DNA from: Nitrospirota bacterium
GTDB taxonomy: Bacteria; Nitrospirota; UBA9217
Assembly: GCA_963754875.1 (NCBI GenBank)
Contig: CAVWHO010000022.1
Location: 128,001 to 192,000 of the forward strand
DNA: 64,000 nucleotides
Reading direction: 5' to 3'
The notes beneath the pieces are model-generated. The model had not been told where the DNA came from. It searched no databases and saw nothing but the letters and a program-made list of their open reading frames with translations. The stretch's first letter is position 1. Each line of letters begins with the position of its first letter. Shown piece by piece: positions 40,131 through 50,467 of the stretch. The position numbers and the translations under genes were made by a program.

Positions 40131-41462
40131 ATGATCAATATTCTTGTTGTTGACGACGAAGAGCCGTTCAGACGGCTCCTGAACAAAGAGCTTTCCAGAA
40201 AAGGGTACGCTGTCGAGGTCGCGCACGACGGCAGCGAGGCGTTGCGCCTGTTGCACGACCGGTCATTCGATATCATCCTCCTCGATGTGGTCATGCCCGG
40301 TGTCGACGGCATCTCGCTCATGAAAAAAATGAAGGAGGATTCCGGGACGCCGGCGATCATCGTCCTCACCGGGAAGGCGACGGTGGAGACTGCGGTTGAA
40401 GCCATGAAAAACGGGGCCTACGATTATCTCACCAAACCTTACAAGCTCGATGAGCTGGCGATTGTCATAGACCGGGCCTACGAGTTCAGCCGTCTTTCCG
40501 TGAAGAGCAAGCTCCTGGAGCAGGAACTGGTCAGGAAGGAATCCCCTTTCGAATTCATCGGTAAAAGCAGGCAGCTCCAGGACATCCTCGCAATGATCCA
40601 GAAAGTCGCACCCACGGACTCGCCCGTCTTCATCCAGGGCGAGAGCGGTACGGGTAAGGAGCTCGTCGCAAACACGGTCTGGCACCACAGCACACGGAAG
40701 AGCGCGCCTTTCATCGCCCTGAACTGCGCGACACTCTCGGAGAACCTTATCGAATCAGAAATCTTCGGCCACGAAAAGGGCGCCTTCACCAGCGCCTACC
40801 AGGCAAAGCACGGCCTTGTGGAAGTGGCGGACAAGGGCACGCTGTTTCTCGACGAGATCGGCGAGATGCCGATCGGGCTCCAGGCAAAGCTGCTTCGCTT
40901 CCTCGATTCCGGCGAGTTTCGGAGAGTAGGCGGGAACAAGACGCTGCGAGTGGATGTACGCATGATCGCCGCGACCAACAAAGACCTCACGGGCCTGATC
41001 AAAGCGGGCCACTTCCGGGAAGACCTCTATTACCGGTTGAACGTTATCAACGTGACCATCCCGCCGCTCAGGGAGCGGAAGGAAGACATCGTCGAACTGG
41101 CGCGTCATTTTTTGGGAAAGTATGCGAAGAAGCTGTCCAAATCCATTGCGGAATTCACTGCAGAGGCCCTGGACCTGCTCACGGGATACAACTGGCCGGG
41201 CAACGTCCGGGAGCTCGAGAACGTCATCGAGCGGGCGGTGATCCTGTGCGAATCGGGCAGGATCGGCGCGGAAGACCTTTCCATCTCTTCGTATGCAGCG
41301 GTCGCGGACATGAGCGTGAATCCTTCTCTGGAAGAAATGGAAAAGAACTACATCCTCAGGGTGCTCAAAGAGGCGGGAAACAACCAGTCGAAAGCGAGCC
41401 AGCTCCTCGGCATCGACCGTAAGACCCTCTACCTTAAGCTGAAGAAATACGGTATCAGCTGA
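40131..41462 (+). CDS. sigma54-dependent NtrC-family response regulator
   Basis: REC, GESGTGKE, GAFTSA (GAFTGA-like), WPGNVREL, Fis-type HTH. Confidence 0.95.
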   Translation: MINILVVDDEEPFRRLLNKELSRKGYAVEVAHDGSEALRLLHDRSFDIILLDVVMPGVDGISLMKKMKEDSGTPAIIVLTGKATVETAVEAMKNGAYDYLTKPYKLDELAIVIDRAYEFSRLSVKSKLLEQELVRKESPFEFIGKSRQLQDILAMIQKVAPTDSPVFIQGESGTGKELVANTVWHHSTRKSAPFIALNCATLSENLIESEIFGHEKGAFTSAYQAKHGLVEVADKGTLFLDEIGEMPIGLQAKLLRFLDSGEFRRVGGNKTLRVDVRMIAATNKDLTGLIKAGHFREDLYYRLNVINVTIPPLRERKEDIVELARHFLGKYAKKLSKSIAEFTAEALDLLTGYNWPGNVRELENVIERAVILCESGRIGAEDLSISSYAAVADMSVNPSLEEMEKNYILRVLKEAGNNQSKASQLLGIDRKTLYLKLKKYGIS

Positions 41463-41518
41463 GTCCCTTTAAAGGGGCGGGGAAGCGAGCGGTTTCATTT
41501 CCGGGGACCATGACCTCC

Positions 41519-44170
41519 TCAGGCATCCAGCTCCTCTCTTACTTTTTTCAGCAGGACCGATGGGATGAGCGGCTTAGCGATAAGGTTGATGCCCGGCTCA
41601 AGCAGGCCCTGCTTGCTGATGATGTCCTGTGAATAGCCGCTCATGAAGATCGCCTTGACCGAGGGATTAAGCAGCCGGATCTCGTGAAGGGCTTCTCTTC
41701 CGCTTTTTTGCGGCATAATACCGTCCAGAATGACCAGGTGAATGCGCGCCCTGTTTTCGCCGTATTTTGCCACAGCCTCGGCGCCATCGACCGCCTCGAT
41801 CACCGCGTATCCGTTATCCTGCAGGATCGTGGTGGCAAGCTTCCTCAGTACCGCGTCATCCTCTGCGACAAGTATCGTCTCGGAACCGCCCGGCACCCTC
41901 GCCGTCTCTGCTTCATGTCGTATTTCTGCTACGCTGCCTCTGATGAGCGGCAGATACACCTTGAATGACGTTCCCTTGCCAGGCTCGCTATATACGTCAA
42001 TGAAGCCATCGTGCTGTTTGATGATGCCATACACCATCGAAAGCCCGAGGCCCGTGCCTTTTCCCTCTCCCTTGGTTGTAAAGAAAGGCTCGAAGATCTT
42101 TTTCCTCGTGTCTTCGTCCATCCCTTCGCCCGCATCCGACACCAAGAGGACCGCATATTTGCCCTTTTTCCCGAACCCGTGGGCCTCGATAAACTGCTCG
42201 TCGACGGAGAGCAACGCCGTTTGAATGGTAATGTCCCCCCCCGCAGGCATGGCGTCGCGGGCATTGGCTACCAGGTTCATGAGGACCTGCTCCAGCTGGC
42301 CCCGGTCAACGAGGATTGACAGTTCACTTTTAGTACAGGTTGTCGTGATTTTTATGTCCTCCCTGATCAGCCTCAGCAGGAACTTCTCGAAGTTCTTGAT
42401 GATCTCGTTCAGGTCGTGGGGGACAGGGTTGATGATCCGCTTCCTGCTGAAGGACAGAAGGCCTTGGGTCAGGACCGTTGCCCGCTCCCCGGCCTGGAGG
42501 ATCTGTTCCACATACCCCCGCAAATAATCGTCAGCCTGCATTTTCATGAGTATGAGATGTCCGTATCCCATGATTGCCGAAAGAATGTTGTTGAAATCAT
42601 GGGCCACGCCTCCGGCAAGCTGGCCGATTGCCTCTATCTTCTGGGTCTGGAGAAGTTGTTCCTCCAGTTTCTTGCTTTCCGTGACGTCCTGCAGTGTTTC
42701 GATGGCAGCAATCAGAACGCCCTCACTATTGAAGATCGGCGCGGACTCAAAGATAATGTACCGGTCCTTGCCGCCGAGGTTCTTATAGAGCCCTTCCGCT
42801 TTGATTCCCTGGGGATTCAAGGCGGATTTCGAATGGCTCTTGTAGAGCTCCGGCAGGCTGTCCAGTTTGTTGTCGAGGATCACATCCGCAACCGTCGGCC
42901 TCTTCGCGCTGTAAAAAGGCTTCCACTGATCATCCGTGCCGATCATCTGCGGCTCCTGCAGGCCGGTCAGTTCTTCGCATGCCCTGTTCCACAGCATGAT
43001 CCGGTGGGTCTTGTCCAGGACAAAGGTCGCGGTTGTGGAGTTGCGGATCAGGTTCGAGCAAAAACTCTGCTGTTCGAAGAGCGCATGTTCCCGTAAATTG
43101 ATCTGCCGGGCCATATTATCGAAGGTCTGTCCCAGGCGCCCCAGTTCACCGCCTGTCACCAGATCGGACACTCTGACCTCCAGATCCCCGTTGGCCAGAC
43201 GTTGAGAGACATTTTGTAGCAGGGCAACTCGGTCCACAAGCGAGCGCTTGCCGATATACCAGGCGACATACAAAGCAATTGCGAGAAACGAGAAGAAAAC
43301 AGTCAGAGTATAAATAAGGGACCTATTCGCTTTGGAAAGAACGGCATCAACCGGTGTCCCTACCCGAACATACATATAAGGCAACTGCTCATTCTTTAGT
43401 TTCAATTTACGATAGGCGATGAACCGCTGTTTGCCGTCAAGCGCCAAGGCGCTAAATTCATCCTCTTCAGGACCTTCCTGCATTTTTTTGAATTGATCGG
43501 GGTAGTATTGCTTGCCGACCAGTGCCGCCGGGTTAATTGGTGCCGTCAGCACTACACCATTGTGGTCGAGCAATAAATAACTTTTGCCGAAGGCCCTATC
43601 GGCACGGTCCAAGAAACGCTTATAATACTCAAGATTGACACCTATGCAGATAACCCCTATTATTTTGCCGTGCTCATCTTTTTTAAAAGGATAGCCAAAG
43701 GTCAAAGCAGGCGTAAGAGTAGACCTGTTAAGAATGAATTCACCGGACGATAAGCGACCGCTCGCGAGAGCGTTTTTAAAATACCGTCTGTCCGATACCG
43801 TAAAAGGAGGGTTCTTAGGAAAATTTGCCGCCCAGACCGCGCCGTGAAGATCGACGATGAAGATATTCGAATACTGAGCATTTAATTTCAGCACATTGCG
43901 AAGGAGCGACTCGACCCTGGCGACGTTGCGGTTCCTGACATCAGGGAGTTCGGCCAGGGCGTTCACCAACTGCTCCGCCGAGGCCACTAGATTATTCTGT
44001 TCCGAGGCAATGCGATCAGCGAGCTGCCGGGTTTCGTTACGAGCTCGCTGTATTTCATGGTTTCGTAACGAAAGGCCTGAATAAATAATAATGACTGCGG
44101 CAGGAAAAGCGACAATGAGGGCAAGAAGAATTAATTGCGCGCGAATTGTCAGGGACGTTAGTCGGAACAT
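41519..44170 (-). CDS. Membrane hybrid histidine kinase (Cache-HAMP-PAS-HK-REC)
   Basis: Two TM helices, dCache-like loop, HAMP, AHDFNNIL H-box, C-terminal receiver. Confidence 0.92.
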   Translation of the reverse strand: MFRLTSLTIRAQLILLALIVAFPAAVIIIYSGLSLRNHEIQRARNETRQLADRIASEQNNLVASAEQLVNALAELPDVRNRNVARVESLLRNVLKLNAQYSNIFIVDLHGAVWAANFPKNPPFTVSDRRYFKNALASGRLSSGEFILNRSTLTPALTFGYPFKKDEHGKIIGVICIGVNLEYYKRFLDRADRAFGKSYLLLDHNGVVLTAPINPAALVGKQYYPDQFKKMQEGPEEDEFSALALDGKQRFIAYRKLKLKNEQLPYMYVRVGTPVDAVLSKANRSLIYTLTVFFSFLAIALYVAWYIGKRSLVDRVALLQNVSQRLANGDLEVRVSDLVTGGELGRLGQTFDNMARQINLREHALFEQQSFCSNLIRNSTTATFVLDKTHRIMLWNRACEELTGLQEPQMIGTDDQWKPFYSAKRPTVADVILDNKLDSLPELYKSHSKSALNPQGIKAEGLYKNLGGKDRYIIFESAPIFNSEGVLIAAIETLQDVTESKKLEEQLLQTQKIEAIGQLAGGVAHDFNNILSAIMGYGHLILMKMQADDYLRGYVEQILQAGERATVLTQGLLSFSRKRIINPVPHDLNEIIKNFEKFLLRLIREDIKITTTCTKSELSILVDRGQLEQVLMNLVANARDAMPAGGDITIQTALLSVDEQFIEAHGFGKKGKYAVLLVSDAGEGMDEDTRKKIFEPFFTTKGEGKGTGLGLSMVYGIIKQHDGFIDVYSEPGKGTSFKVYLPLIRGSVAEIRHEAETARVPGGSETILVAEDDAVLRKLATTILQDNGYAVIEAVDGAEAVAKYGENRARIHLVILDGIMPQKSGREALHEIRLLNPSVKAIFMSGYSQDIISKQGLLEPGINLIAKPLIPSVLLKKVREELDA

Positions 44171-44770
44171 TAAGACAAACCCCTCCTCAGGTGGGTGATG
44201 TGATCACGTTTCCAAATCCGGGCTATGCAGGAAAGAAATTATTGTTCCGCAATATAACACAGATTGACAATTTCAAATAGCCTTTTTCAAGTACACTATC
44301 CCGCACCACCGGCTATTTATGCCACAAAATAACAACACGGTTTTCAACAGGACAGGACGGAGCGAAAACTTAAGGAATTGCCGTAAACGGGCGGCTACAT
44401 GGTCATACGCCACCCCTCTCGACTCAGTGCCGGGCACGCCTGAAGACGACAGGCTGGAAGTGCCGGCCACGTTAGGCGATGCTTATTGAGGAGAAACACG
44501 TCCGCATTGTCCCTCCGAATCCGACAGACGCTATACGCTATTGCATTTCATGGAGAGCAGAGTGCTTCCACACAGCGATAGGGAAAACAATACAACAGGG
44601 CCATGCCCGCGTCTCTAACGTATTGAGCAGGAAACGGGCACTCATCATGGAAGTAATCCACAATTTGCACAAGATCGGCATTCCTGCTGGAGCATCGATC
44701 CAGCCCTATCGAACTGTGAAAGACGCAGCCTGATAATGGGAGATGTTCGTCACAAGCAGGAGACGGTTAA

Positions 44771-45640
44771 TTACTCCAGCGTCCGCCTTATTTCCTCTGC
44801 ATCAAGTCCCTGACCGATGATCACAATCCTGCTGTCCTGGATGTCCTTTTCAAAGGGAACGCTTTCCATTTTCCCGTACACGATATCGAATCGATAAGGC
44901 CCTTGCTCCGTCCGGACAAGGGCCTTTGCTCTCACCACGGTCCCGTATTTCCCTTGAGCCAGATCTCCCAGCCCTGTCGTAAGGACAGCCAGGTCATTGA
45001 TCCTCTGCGGCCTGATGGTCATTGTACCAAAATGAAGATGCCCATGGCCAACGCCCTTCCCCCGTGCACCAGCAGACACCTCCGGCAGGGGTTTCTGAAT
45101 CTCCGCGTTTACTGTGCGAAACAAAACAGCGTGCGGGTTCATGGATTCGATATGATTGATTGTTGCAACGATGGCCGCCTCAGGTGCCAGGTCCGTCTTG
45201 TTTACCAGAACCACATCTGCAAGAGAAACCTGGTCCTCGAAGAAGCTCCCGTACATGCCCGATTCGAGGAGCTCGACAAACTCCACGGCGTCGATGATGT
45301 TGACAACAGTTGCGGCCCTGATACCCGAACTTTCAAGCGCTTCGAGCACTCCCGAAGGTGACGCCACACCGCTCGGTTCGATCACGAGGTGCTCAGGTGC
45401 GAATTGACGGATGATCCTCTCGATCGTCGTGATGAGGTCAAACTTGAGTGTGCAGCATACGCAGCCGCTCGGGAGCTCCACAGATTCGATGCCGCTTGCG
45501 GTAAAGATTTCTCCGTCGATCCCGGCAGCACCGAAATCATTCACCAGAACCACGGTCTTTTCTGATCCATGCTTCACGAAACCCCTGATGAACGTTGTTT
45601 TTCCTGCACCCAAAAGCCCGCATACAACCGTTACTTTCAT
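44771..45640 (-). CDS. COG0523/CobW-family G3E metallochaperone GTPase
   Basis: GLLGAGKTT, GCVCC, EPSG, NKTD, short His patch. Confidence 0.9.
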   Translation of the reverse strand: MKVTVVCGLLGAGKTTFIRGFVKHGSEKTVVLVNDFGAAGIDGEIFTASGIESVELPSGCVCCTLKFDLITTIERIIRQFAPEHLVIEPSGVASPSGVLEALESSGIRAATVVNIIDAVEFVELLESGMYGSFFEDQVSLADVVLVNKTDLAPEAAIVATINHIESMNPHAVLFRTVNAEIQKPLPEVSAGARGKGVGHGHLHFGTMTIRPQRINDLAVLTTGLGDLAQGKYGTVVRAKALVRTEQGPYRFDIVYGKMESVPFEKDIQDSRIVIIGQGLDAEEIRRTLE

Positions 45641-45864
45641 GATTAATCCTTATAAGCAATCCTGCCTGCTCCGGTGAATACTGTACGATAAATCTTCTGC
45701 AATGACGATGCCATGAATGTCACGCGAACGTGAGACAAAAGACCTCTGCGTTTATTCCTGCTTTGCCACTCAGGAACTGGTCTTTCCTCGTTGGTGAAAC
45801 AGGTCAACGTCGCACCAAGGTTATACAAAATAGGATCTAAAAGAACTTCGTTACTTTCGGAAAC

Positions 45865-45903
45865 GTGAGGCAAAATACCTCGCACGGTGGGGAATTTTTC
45901 ATC
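45865..45903. promoter_or_regulatory. Candidate tandem enhancer sites for a sigma54 activator
   Basis: GTGAGGCAAAATACCTCGC and GTGGGGAATTTTTCATC, two related imperfect palindromes ~250 bp upstream of the -24/-12 element. Confidence 0.4.
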
Positions 45904-46141
45904 TACTCTACAATTGCAAATGATATCAATTTACGATTTTAAGAAACAAATCTGAGTATTCAGGCTGCGTCACTGCCCTTTGAGGCACGCACCAGGGTAA
46001 TCGGTGTGATTGGAGTTTAAAAGATTGCCCTGCGATTTCGCATAATTGCCGCCTCTTCCTCCACGAGTCTGACGCTCGGTATGCCGATCTCATGAACCCG
46101 ACACGTAACATCATGGATGTGGCGGCACACCCGCTTTTTCG

Positions 46142-46157
46142 TGGCACTGCAAATGCA
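46142..46157 (+). promoter_or_regulatory. sigma54 (-24/-12) promoter of the methyltransferase cluster
   Basis: TGGCACTGCAAATGCA = TGGCAC, GG-N10-GC. Confidence 0.75.
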
Positions 46158-46172
46158 ACAATACGCACTGTC

Positions 46173-46502
46173 ATGAAAAACATCCTTCTCTGCTCCTCCA
46201 ATCCCATCCTGGTCAAGAGCCTCTACAGTATGCTGAGAGACGAAGGGCATGACGTAGAAACCGTGGAACACCCGGCAGTGGCCGTCCATAAGGTGATGTT
46301 CGGCTTGTTTGATCTTGCCATCCTTGACTCAGAACCTTTTGGTCTTTCCACGGAGGATGCAGTGCAAATCATAAAGACCGTGGAGCCCAACCTGCCGATA
46401 GTATATGTCGGGGGCGGCATGAACGATGGCCCGTCCTTGGCCGTCGACGCGCCGGTTGACCTCGAAGAGCTCAAACGAACTATCCATAGTATCACGGTAT
46501 GA
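46173..46502 (+). CDS. Atypical receiver-domain protein
   Basis: REC fold pattern (FDLAILD, PNLPIV, PVDLEEL) but lacking the N-terminal acidic pair and the conserved Lys. Confidence 0.7.
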   Translation: MKNILLCSSNPILVKSLYSMLRDEGHDVETVEHPAVAVHKVMFGLFDLAILDSEPFGLSTEDAVQIIKTVEPNLPIVYVGGGMNDGPSLAVDAPVDLEELKRTIHSITV

Positions 46503-46572
46503 TCGAACGACGCAAGGCGTGAGACTCTGACGCTTCGTCGGCATGTCTATTCATTTTCGGAGGGGAGATGCT

Positions 46573-47601
46573 ATGAAACCAAAGGAAGTTATGCTTAAGA
46601 CATTCGAGGGGGGAAAGTCCGACAGACTCCCGGTGACCCTGTTCGGCGCGGGAATGTGGAGCATCAAAGGCTGGGGCACGTCGTTTGAGGCGCTTTCAAG
46701 GGACGCGGACAAGATGACTTCCATGCTCGTTGACATGAGCGCCAAGCTCCAGTGCGACATCGTGTATCCCGGGTCGGGGTACAATAACTTCCATGCCTCG
46801 GCACTCGGCGGCAAGATAAAATTTCGCGAAGTCGGCGCGCCGGACCTGGAGAACCATTTCGTGTCCACGGAAGAGGACCTTGCAAAACTCAACCTCGCGA
46901 ACCTCGATGCCGATGAGACCATCAATACCGTGAAAAAGGCGTTGCGCCAAACGAAGGCAAAGATCGGTGACACCTATGTGGTGACCATGACCGCCTGGGG
47001 GCCCTTCACCCTCGGCGCGAGGCTTGTGGGAGAAGAGACCATGATGAAGGCCACGTTCAAGAAACCAGCCTTTGTCGAGAAGGTCGTAGACTTCGCTACG
47101 AATCTCCTGATCCATCTCTACGAACCGATTGTCGCAGACAAAACGCTCGAGGTGATCAGCCTCGCGGACCCCACGGCATCGGGCGACCTCATTTCCAGAA
47201 AGCAATTCGAAAAGTTCGCCGTACCCTATCTGAAAAAATTTACCGATTGGGCAAAATCCAAAGGCGTGCATACGCTGGTCCACATCTGCGGAAATACGAC
47301 CGACCGGCTGGACCTGTTCCCGCTGACCGGGGCCTCCTGCATCAGCCTGGACCACAAGACGGACATGGCAAAGGCGAAGGAAACGCTCCACGGCAAGATG
47401 TGCTTCGGCGGGAACGTGGACCCCGTGAAGATCATGCTGAACGGCACGGTGCAGGACGTGGAGAATGCCTGCAAGGACGTGATCAAGACTGCGGGCACGG
47501 ACGGGGGATTCGTGCTCATGCCGGGCTGCGACATCCCGCCGACCGTTCCCTACGACAACATCAAGAAGTTCATCCAGGTGGCGCACGAGTGGAAAATGTA
47601 A
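46573..47601 (+). CDS. URO-D family MtaA/CmuA-type corrinoid methyltransferase 1
   Basis: GPFT, ADPTASGDLIS, Zn ligands HICG and PGCD, GNVDP. Confidence 0.88.
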   Translation: MKPKEVMLKTFEGGKSDRLPVTLFGAGMWSIKGWGTSFEALSRDADKMTSMLVDMSAKLQCDIVYPGSGYNNFHASALGGKIKFREVGAPDLENHFVSTEEDLAKLNLANLDADETINTVKKALRQTKAKIGDTYVVTMTAWGPFTLGARLVGEETMMKATFKKPAFVEKVVDFATNLLIHLYEPIVADKTLEVISLADPTASGDLISRKQFEKFAVPYLKKFTDWAKSKGVHTLVHICGNTTDRLDLFPLTGASCISLDHKTDMAKAKETLHGKMCFGGNVDPVKIMLNGTVQDVENACKDVIKTAGTDGGFVLMPGCDIPPTVPYDNIKKFIQVAHEWKM

Positions 47602-47711
47602 ACGACAGCATCGGCAACCACGGGTCGAGGTCGCCTGTGGTTAATTGCTTTTTCATCACTTCACAAAAAAGGAGGTGAAACTGCTCAATTCTCAAAAAAG
47701 GAGGTCGATGA

Positions 47712-48230
47712 ATGGGTATTTTGGACGAGTTGAAGAAACTGTTTTCCGGAGCACAGAGTGCATCCGGGCATAAGGAGGAAGTAAAAATGGCTGACAAGAA
47801 AATGTCGTTGGAAGAAGTAAATGAGTACATGAAGAAGCAGTGCGGCTTCGTACCGCGCATGTTCCAGATCATCAACACCGTGACGCCGGAGCCGGGCAGG
47901 ACGTTCGCCGATTTTTATGCGAGCATCTTCGCTGACGGAGCCCTTTCCCGCAAGATAAAAGAGCTGATGTTCATGTCCGGCGGTGTGGCCTACTGCTCGC
48001 CGCGGTGCATCATCCACGTGATCCCGGCCATCAATGCCGGCGCGACCACGGGCGAGATCTTCGAAGCAGCTTCGGTCGGCATGATCCTCGGGGGCTTTGT
48101 GCCCGGCGGACCCGGCATCCCCTATGCCTTCGAGTATGCCCTCAAGTGCCTCGACATCGAAGCGAAGTTCCGCAAGGGCGAGAAGTGGGAGTACCTGCCT
48201 CAGCCCAAGTTCGATCATGGTGTATTTTAA
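47712..48230 (+). CDS. Carboxymuconolactone decarboxylase/AhpD-family protein
   Basis: DGALSRKIKELM, CSPRC..H, AINAGAT..EI.EA. Confidence 0.82.
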   Translation: MGILDELKKLFSGAQSASGHKEEVKMADKKMSLEEVNEYMKKQCGFVPRMFQIINTVTPEPGRTFADFYASIFADGALSRKIKELMFMSGGVAYCSPRCIIHVIPAINAGATTGEIFEAASVGMILGGFVPGGPGIPYAFEYALKCLDIEAKFRKGEKWEYLPQPKFDHGVF

Positions 48231-48241
48231 GTGTACTTCGA

Positions 48242-48273
48242 CGGGGGAGCGTTTCGAAGGCTCCCCCGTTTTT
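48242..48273 (+). terminator. Intrinsic terminator within the cluster
   Basis: CGGGGGAGC...GCTCCCCCG followed by a T tract. Confidence 0.75.
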
Positions 48274-48345
48274 CGCACTCATACGATTATCATAAGAAAA
48301 GCCGCTCTCTATAGATGTTGAATATTACTTCCGAATAAAAAGGGG

Positions 48346-49299
48346 ATGGGGATGTTTCGATTTAAAAAAGACCAACAGGTATTTACTCTCGGCAACATGA
48401 AAGTGGGCGGCCAGCCCGGAGAAAATCCGCCGCTCCTGATCGCGTCTATGTTTCACAATAAGGACCGGATCGTCACGGACCGCAAAGGCAATTTCGACCG
48501 TAAGAAGGCCACGGAGATGATCAGGACCCAGGAAGCGCTGTCCGCCTCCACGGGGATTCCGGCCATGGTCGCCATGGTAGCGAACTCGGCGGAAGAGGCC
48601 AAGATCTATATCGATTTTTACCGCGAAACGACAACAATGCCCTTCGGCATCGACATGTGGGTCGCAGAAAAACGGGCTGAGGCAACGGAGTATGTGGCCA
48701 AGCTCGGACTCCAGGACAAGTTCCTGTACAACAGCATCACGCCCTGGGACAAGGACATCAAGGGACAGGTCCGGAAGCTGAAGGACCTCGGCATCAAGCA
48801 TGTCGTGGTGCAGGCCTTCGACGACCAGGACCAGTCGCCTGCGGGCCGTCTTAAGTCGCTCGAGAGCATCCTTTCCCAGGGGGCCGACGGCTTCGAGACC
48901 GTCATCGTTGACACATCGGTCATGAACCTGCCTGCAACGTCGTTCTCCCTCGTCGCGAACAGGTTGATCAAGGAGAAACTCGGCCTGCCCTGCGGCGGCG
49001 CCTACTCGAACGGCACCCACATGTGGAAAGAGGCGAAGACCATCTGGAGCCTCGACGGGTTCAAGGCCATGGATGCTGTGGTCCAGGGCATGGCCTCGGC
49101 CATCTGGAGCGATTTCAATTTTTATGGCCCCATCGTTACGGCGCCGCGGATCTTCCCTGCAGTGGCAGCAGCGCAAGTCCTGCTTTCCACGCTGGTGTAT
49201 GACGAAACGAAGAAAATATCGGACAACGCAAACATACCGATCAAGAAATACTTTTCGGATTTTATAGGAAAACTGACCTCGGGAGCAGCGAGGAAGTAG
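48346..49299 (+). CDS. MtrH-family pterin (THF/H4MPT):corrinoid methyltransferase
   Basis: N-terminus MFRFKKDQQVF...KVGGQPGENP, YNSI, C-terminal YGPI...FPAVA typical of MtrH homologues. Confidence 0.88.
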   Translation: MGMFRFKKDQQVFTLGNMKVGGQPGENPPLLIASMFHNKDRIVTDRKGNFDRKKATEMIRTQEALSASTGIPAMVAMVANSAEEAKIYIDFYRETTTMPFGIDMWVAEKRAEATEYVAKLGLQDKFLYNSITPWDKDIKGQVRKLKDLGIKHVVVQAFDDQDQSPAGRLKSLESILSQGADGFETVIVDTSVMNLPATSFSLVANRLIKEKLGLPCGGAYSNGTHMWKEAKTIWSLDGFKAMDAVVQGMASAIWSDFNFYGPIVTAPRIFPAVAAAQVLLSTLVYDETKKISDNANIPIKKYFSDFIGKLTSGAARK

Positions 49300-49435
49300 A
49301 AAAAGTACAATTTTGACGAACTACGGGGCCGCTTCGCGTCCCTACGGTTATACCATCATTCGTACCACGAATTACCGTGTTTATCTGTGTGTCTCGACAA
49401 AGTCGAGACCCCTGGTTATATTTTAAGGAGGATGA

Positions 49436-50464
49436 ATGACAACATTGAATGCAAGAGAGCGAGTGCTGAAGCTTTTTGCCGGAGAGGAAGTGGACAGGCC
49501 GCCCTGCTTCAGCGGTATGGGCAACGTAACCACGGAGGGGTTGAAATCACTCGGGCAAAAATTTGCCGCAACACACCTCGACGCAAGGATGATGGCCGCT
49601 GCTGCGGTCTCAACATACAAACTGTTCGGCTTCGAGTCCGCGGTCGCGCCTTTTGACCTCTGCATCGAGGCCGAGGCCATGGGGTGCGAGATCAACGTCT
49701 ACGCCCACTCCGAAGACCTCCTGTACCCCACGATCAAAACGAAGCTGATCCACAACGAAGCAGAGATGGACATCGCCCTTCCGTCCGATCTCACGACCCG
49801 CGGCAGGGTGCCGCTTATGGTCGAAGCAATCAAGCTGATGAAGAAGGACGTCGGCAGCGAAACTGCCATCGGCTCCTACGTGCTCGGGCCCTTCACGCTC
49901 GCCGGCCAGGTCATGGAGCTGAACGACCTGCTGAAGCTTTCCTTCAAGAAGCCGGACAAGGTGAGCAAGCTCCTCGACCAGTTGACCGACGTGATCATCC
50001 AGGTCGCAGGACAGTACGAAAAGGCCGGCGTGGACTTCATCACGGTGAGGGAAATGGGAGCAACGTCGGACGTACTCTCCCCGCGCGTGTTCAAGACCCT
50101 CATCCTGCCTTATCTCAAGAAGATCTTCGAGAAGATCACTGTCCCCAGCGTCATCCATATCTGCGGCAAGACGAACGACATCGTCCCCTTTATGGCGGAG
50201 AGCGGGGCGAAGGCCATCAGCGTGGACCAGAAGAACGACGTAGCCGAAACGCGCAAAAAGCTCGGCCCCAAGGCGCTCGTCTTCGGGAACTATGATCCCT
50301 ACAATGTGCTGGTCTCGGGCACGCCGGACCTCATACGCCAGACGATCAAGAAATGCATGGACGACGGCGTCAGCGCGGTCTGGCCGGGGTGCGATATCTG
50401 GCCCACCGTGCCTGCCGAAAATTTCAAGACGATGATGGATGAAGTCAGAAAGTACAGGAGGTAA
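49436..50464 (+). CDS. URO-D family MtaA/CmuA-type corrinoid methyltransferase 2
   Basis: PFDLCIEAEAMGC, GPFTLAG, HICG, PGCD. Confidence 0.88.
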   Translation: MTTLNARERVLKLFAGEEVDRPPCFSGMGNVTTEGLKSLGQKFAATHLDARMMAAAAVSTYKLFGFESAVAPFDLCIEAEAMGCEINVYAHSEDLLYPTIKTKLIHNEAEMDIALPSDLTTRGRVPLMVEAIKLMKKDVGSETAIGSYVLGPFTLAGQVMELNDLLKLSFKKPDKVSKLLDQLTDVIIQVAGQYEKAGVDFITVREMGATSDVLSPRVFKTLILPYLKKIFEKITVPSVIHICGKTNDIVPFMAESGAKAISVDQKNDVAETRKKLGPKALVFGNYDPYNVLVSGTPDLIRQTIKKCMDDGVSAVWPGCDIWPTVPAENFKTMMDEVRKYRR

Positions 50465-50467
50465 TCC

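Noticed and set aside
44273..44733. Short ORFs between the hybrid kinase and the CobW-family gene
   Set aside because: No recognisable motifs or ribosome-binding sites; treated as intergenic.
45643..46140. Cobalamin riboswitch upstream of the corrinoid cluster or the CobW-family gene
   Set aside because: I could not find the conserved B12-box and core elements by eye; an Rfam/Infernal scan would be decisive.
46573..50464. Annotating the URO-D family genes as hemE
   Set aside because: HxC...C zinc ligands and the corrinoid/activator context fit MtaA/CmuA methyltransferases; the HemE N-terminal RQAGR motif is absent.
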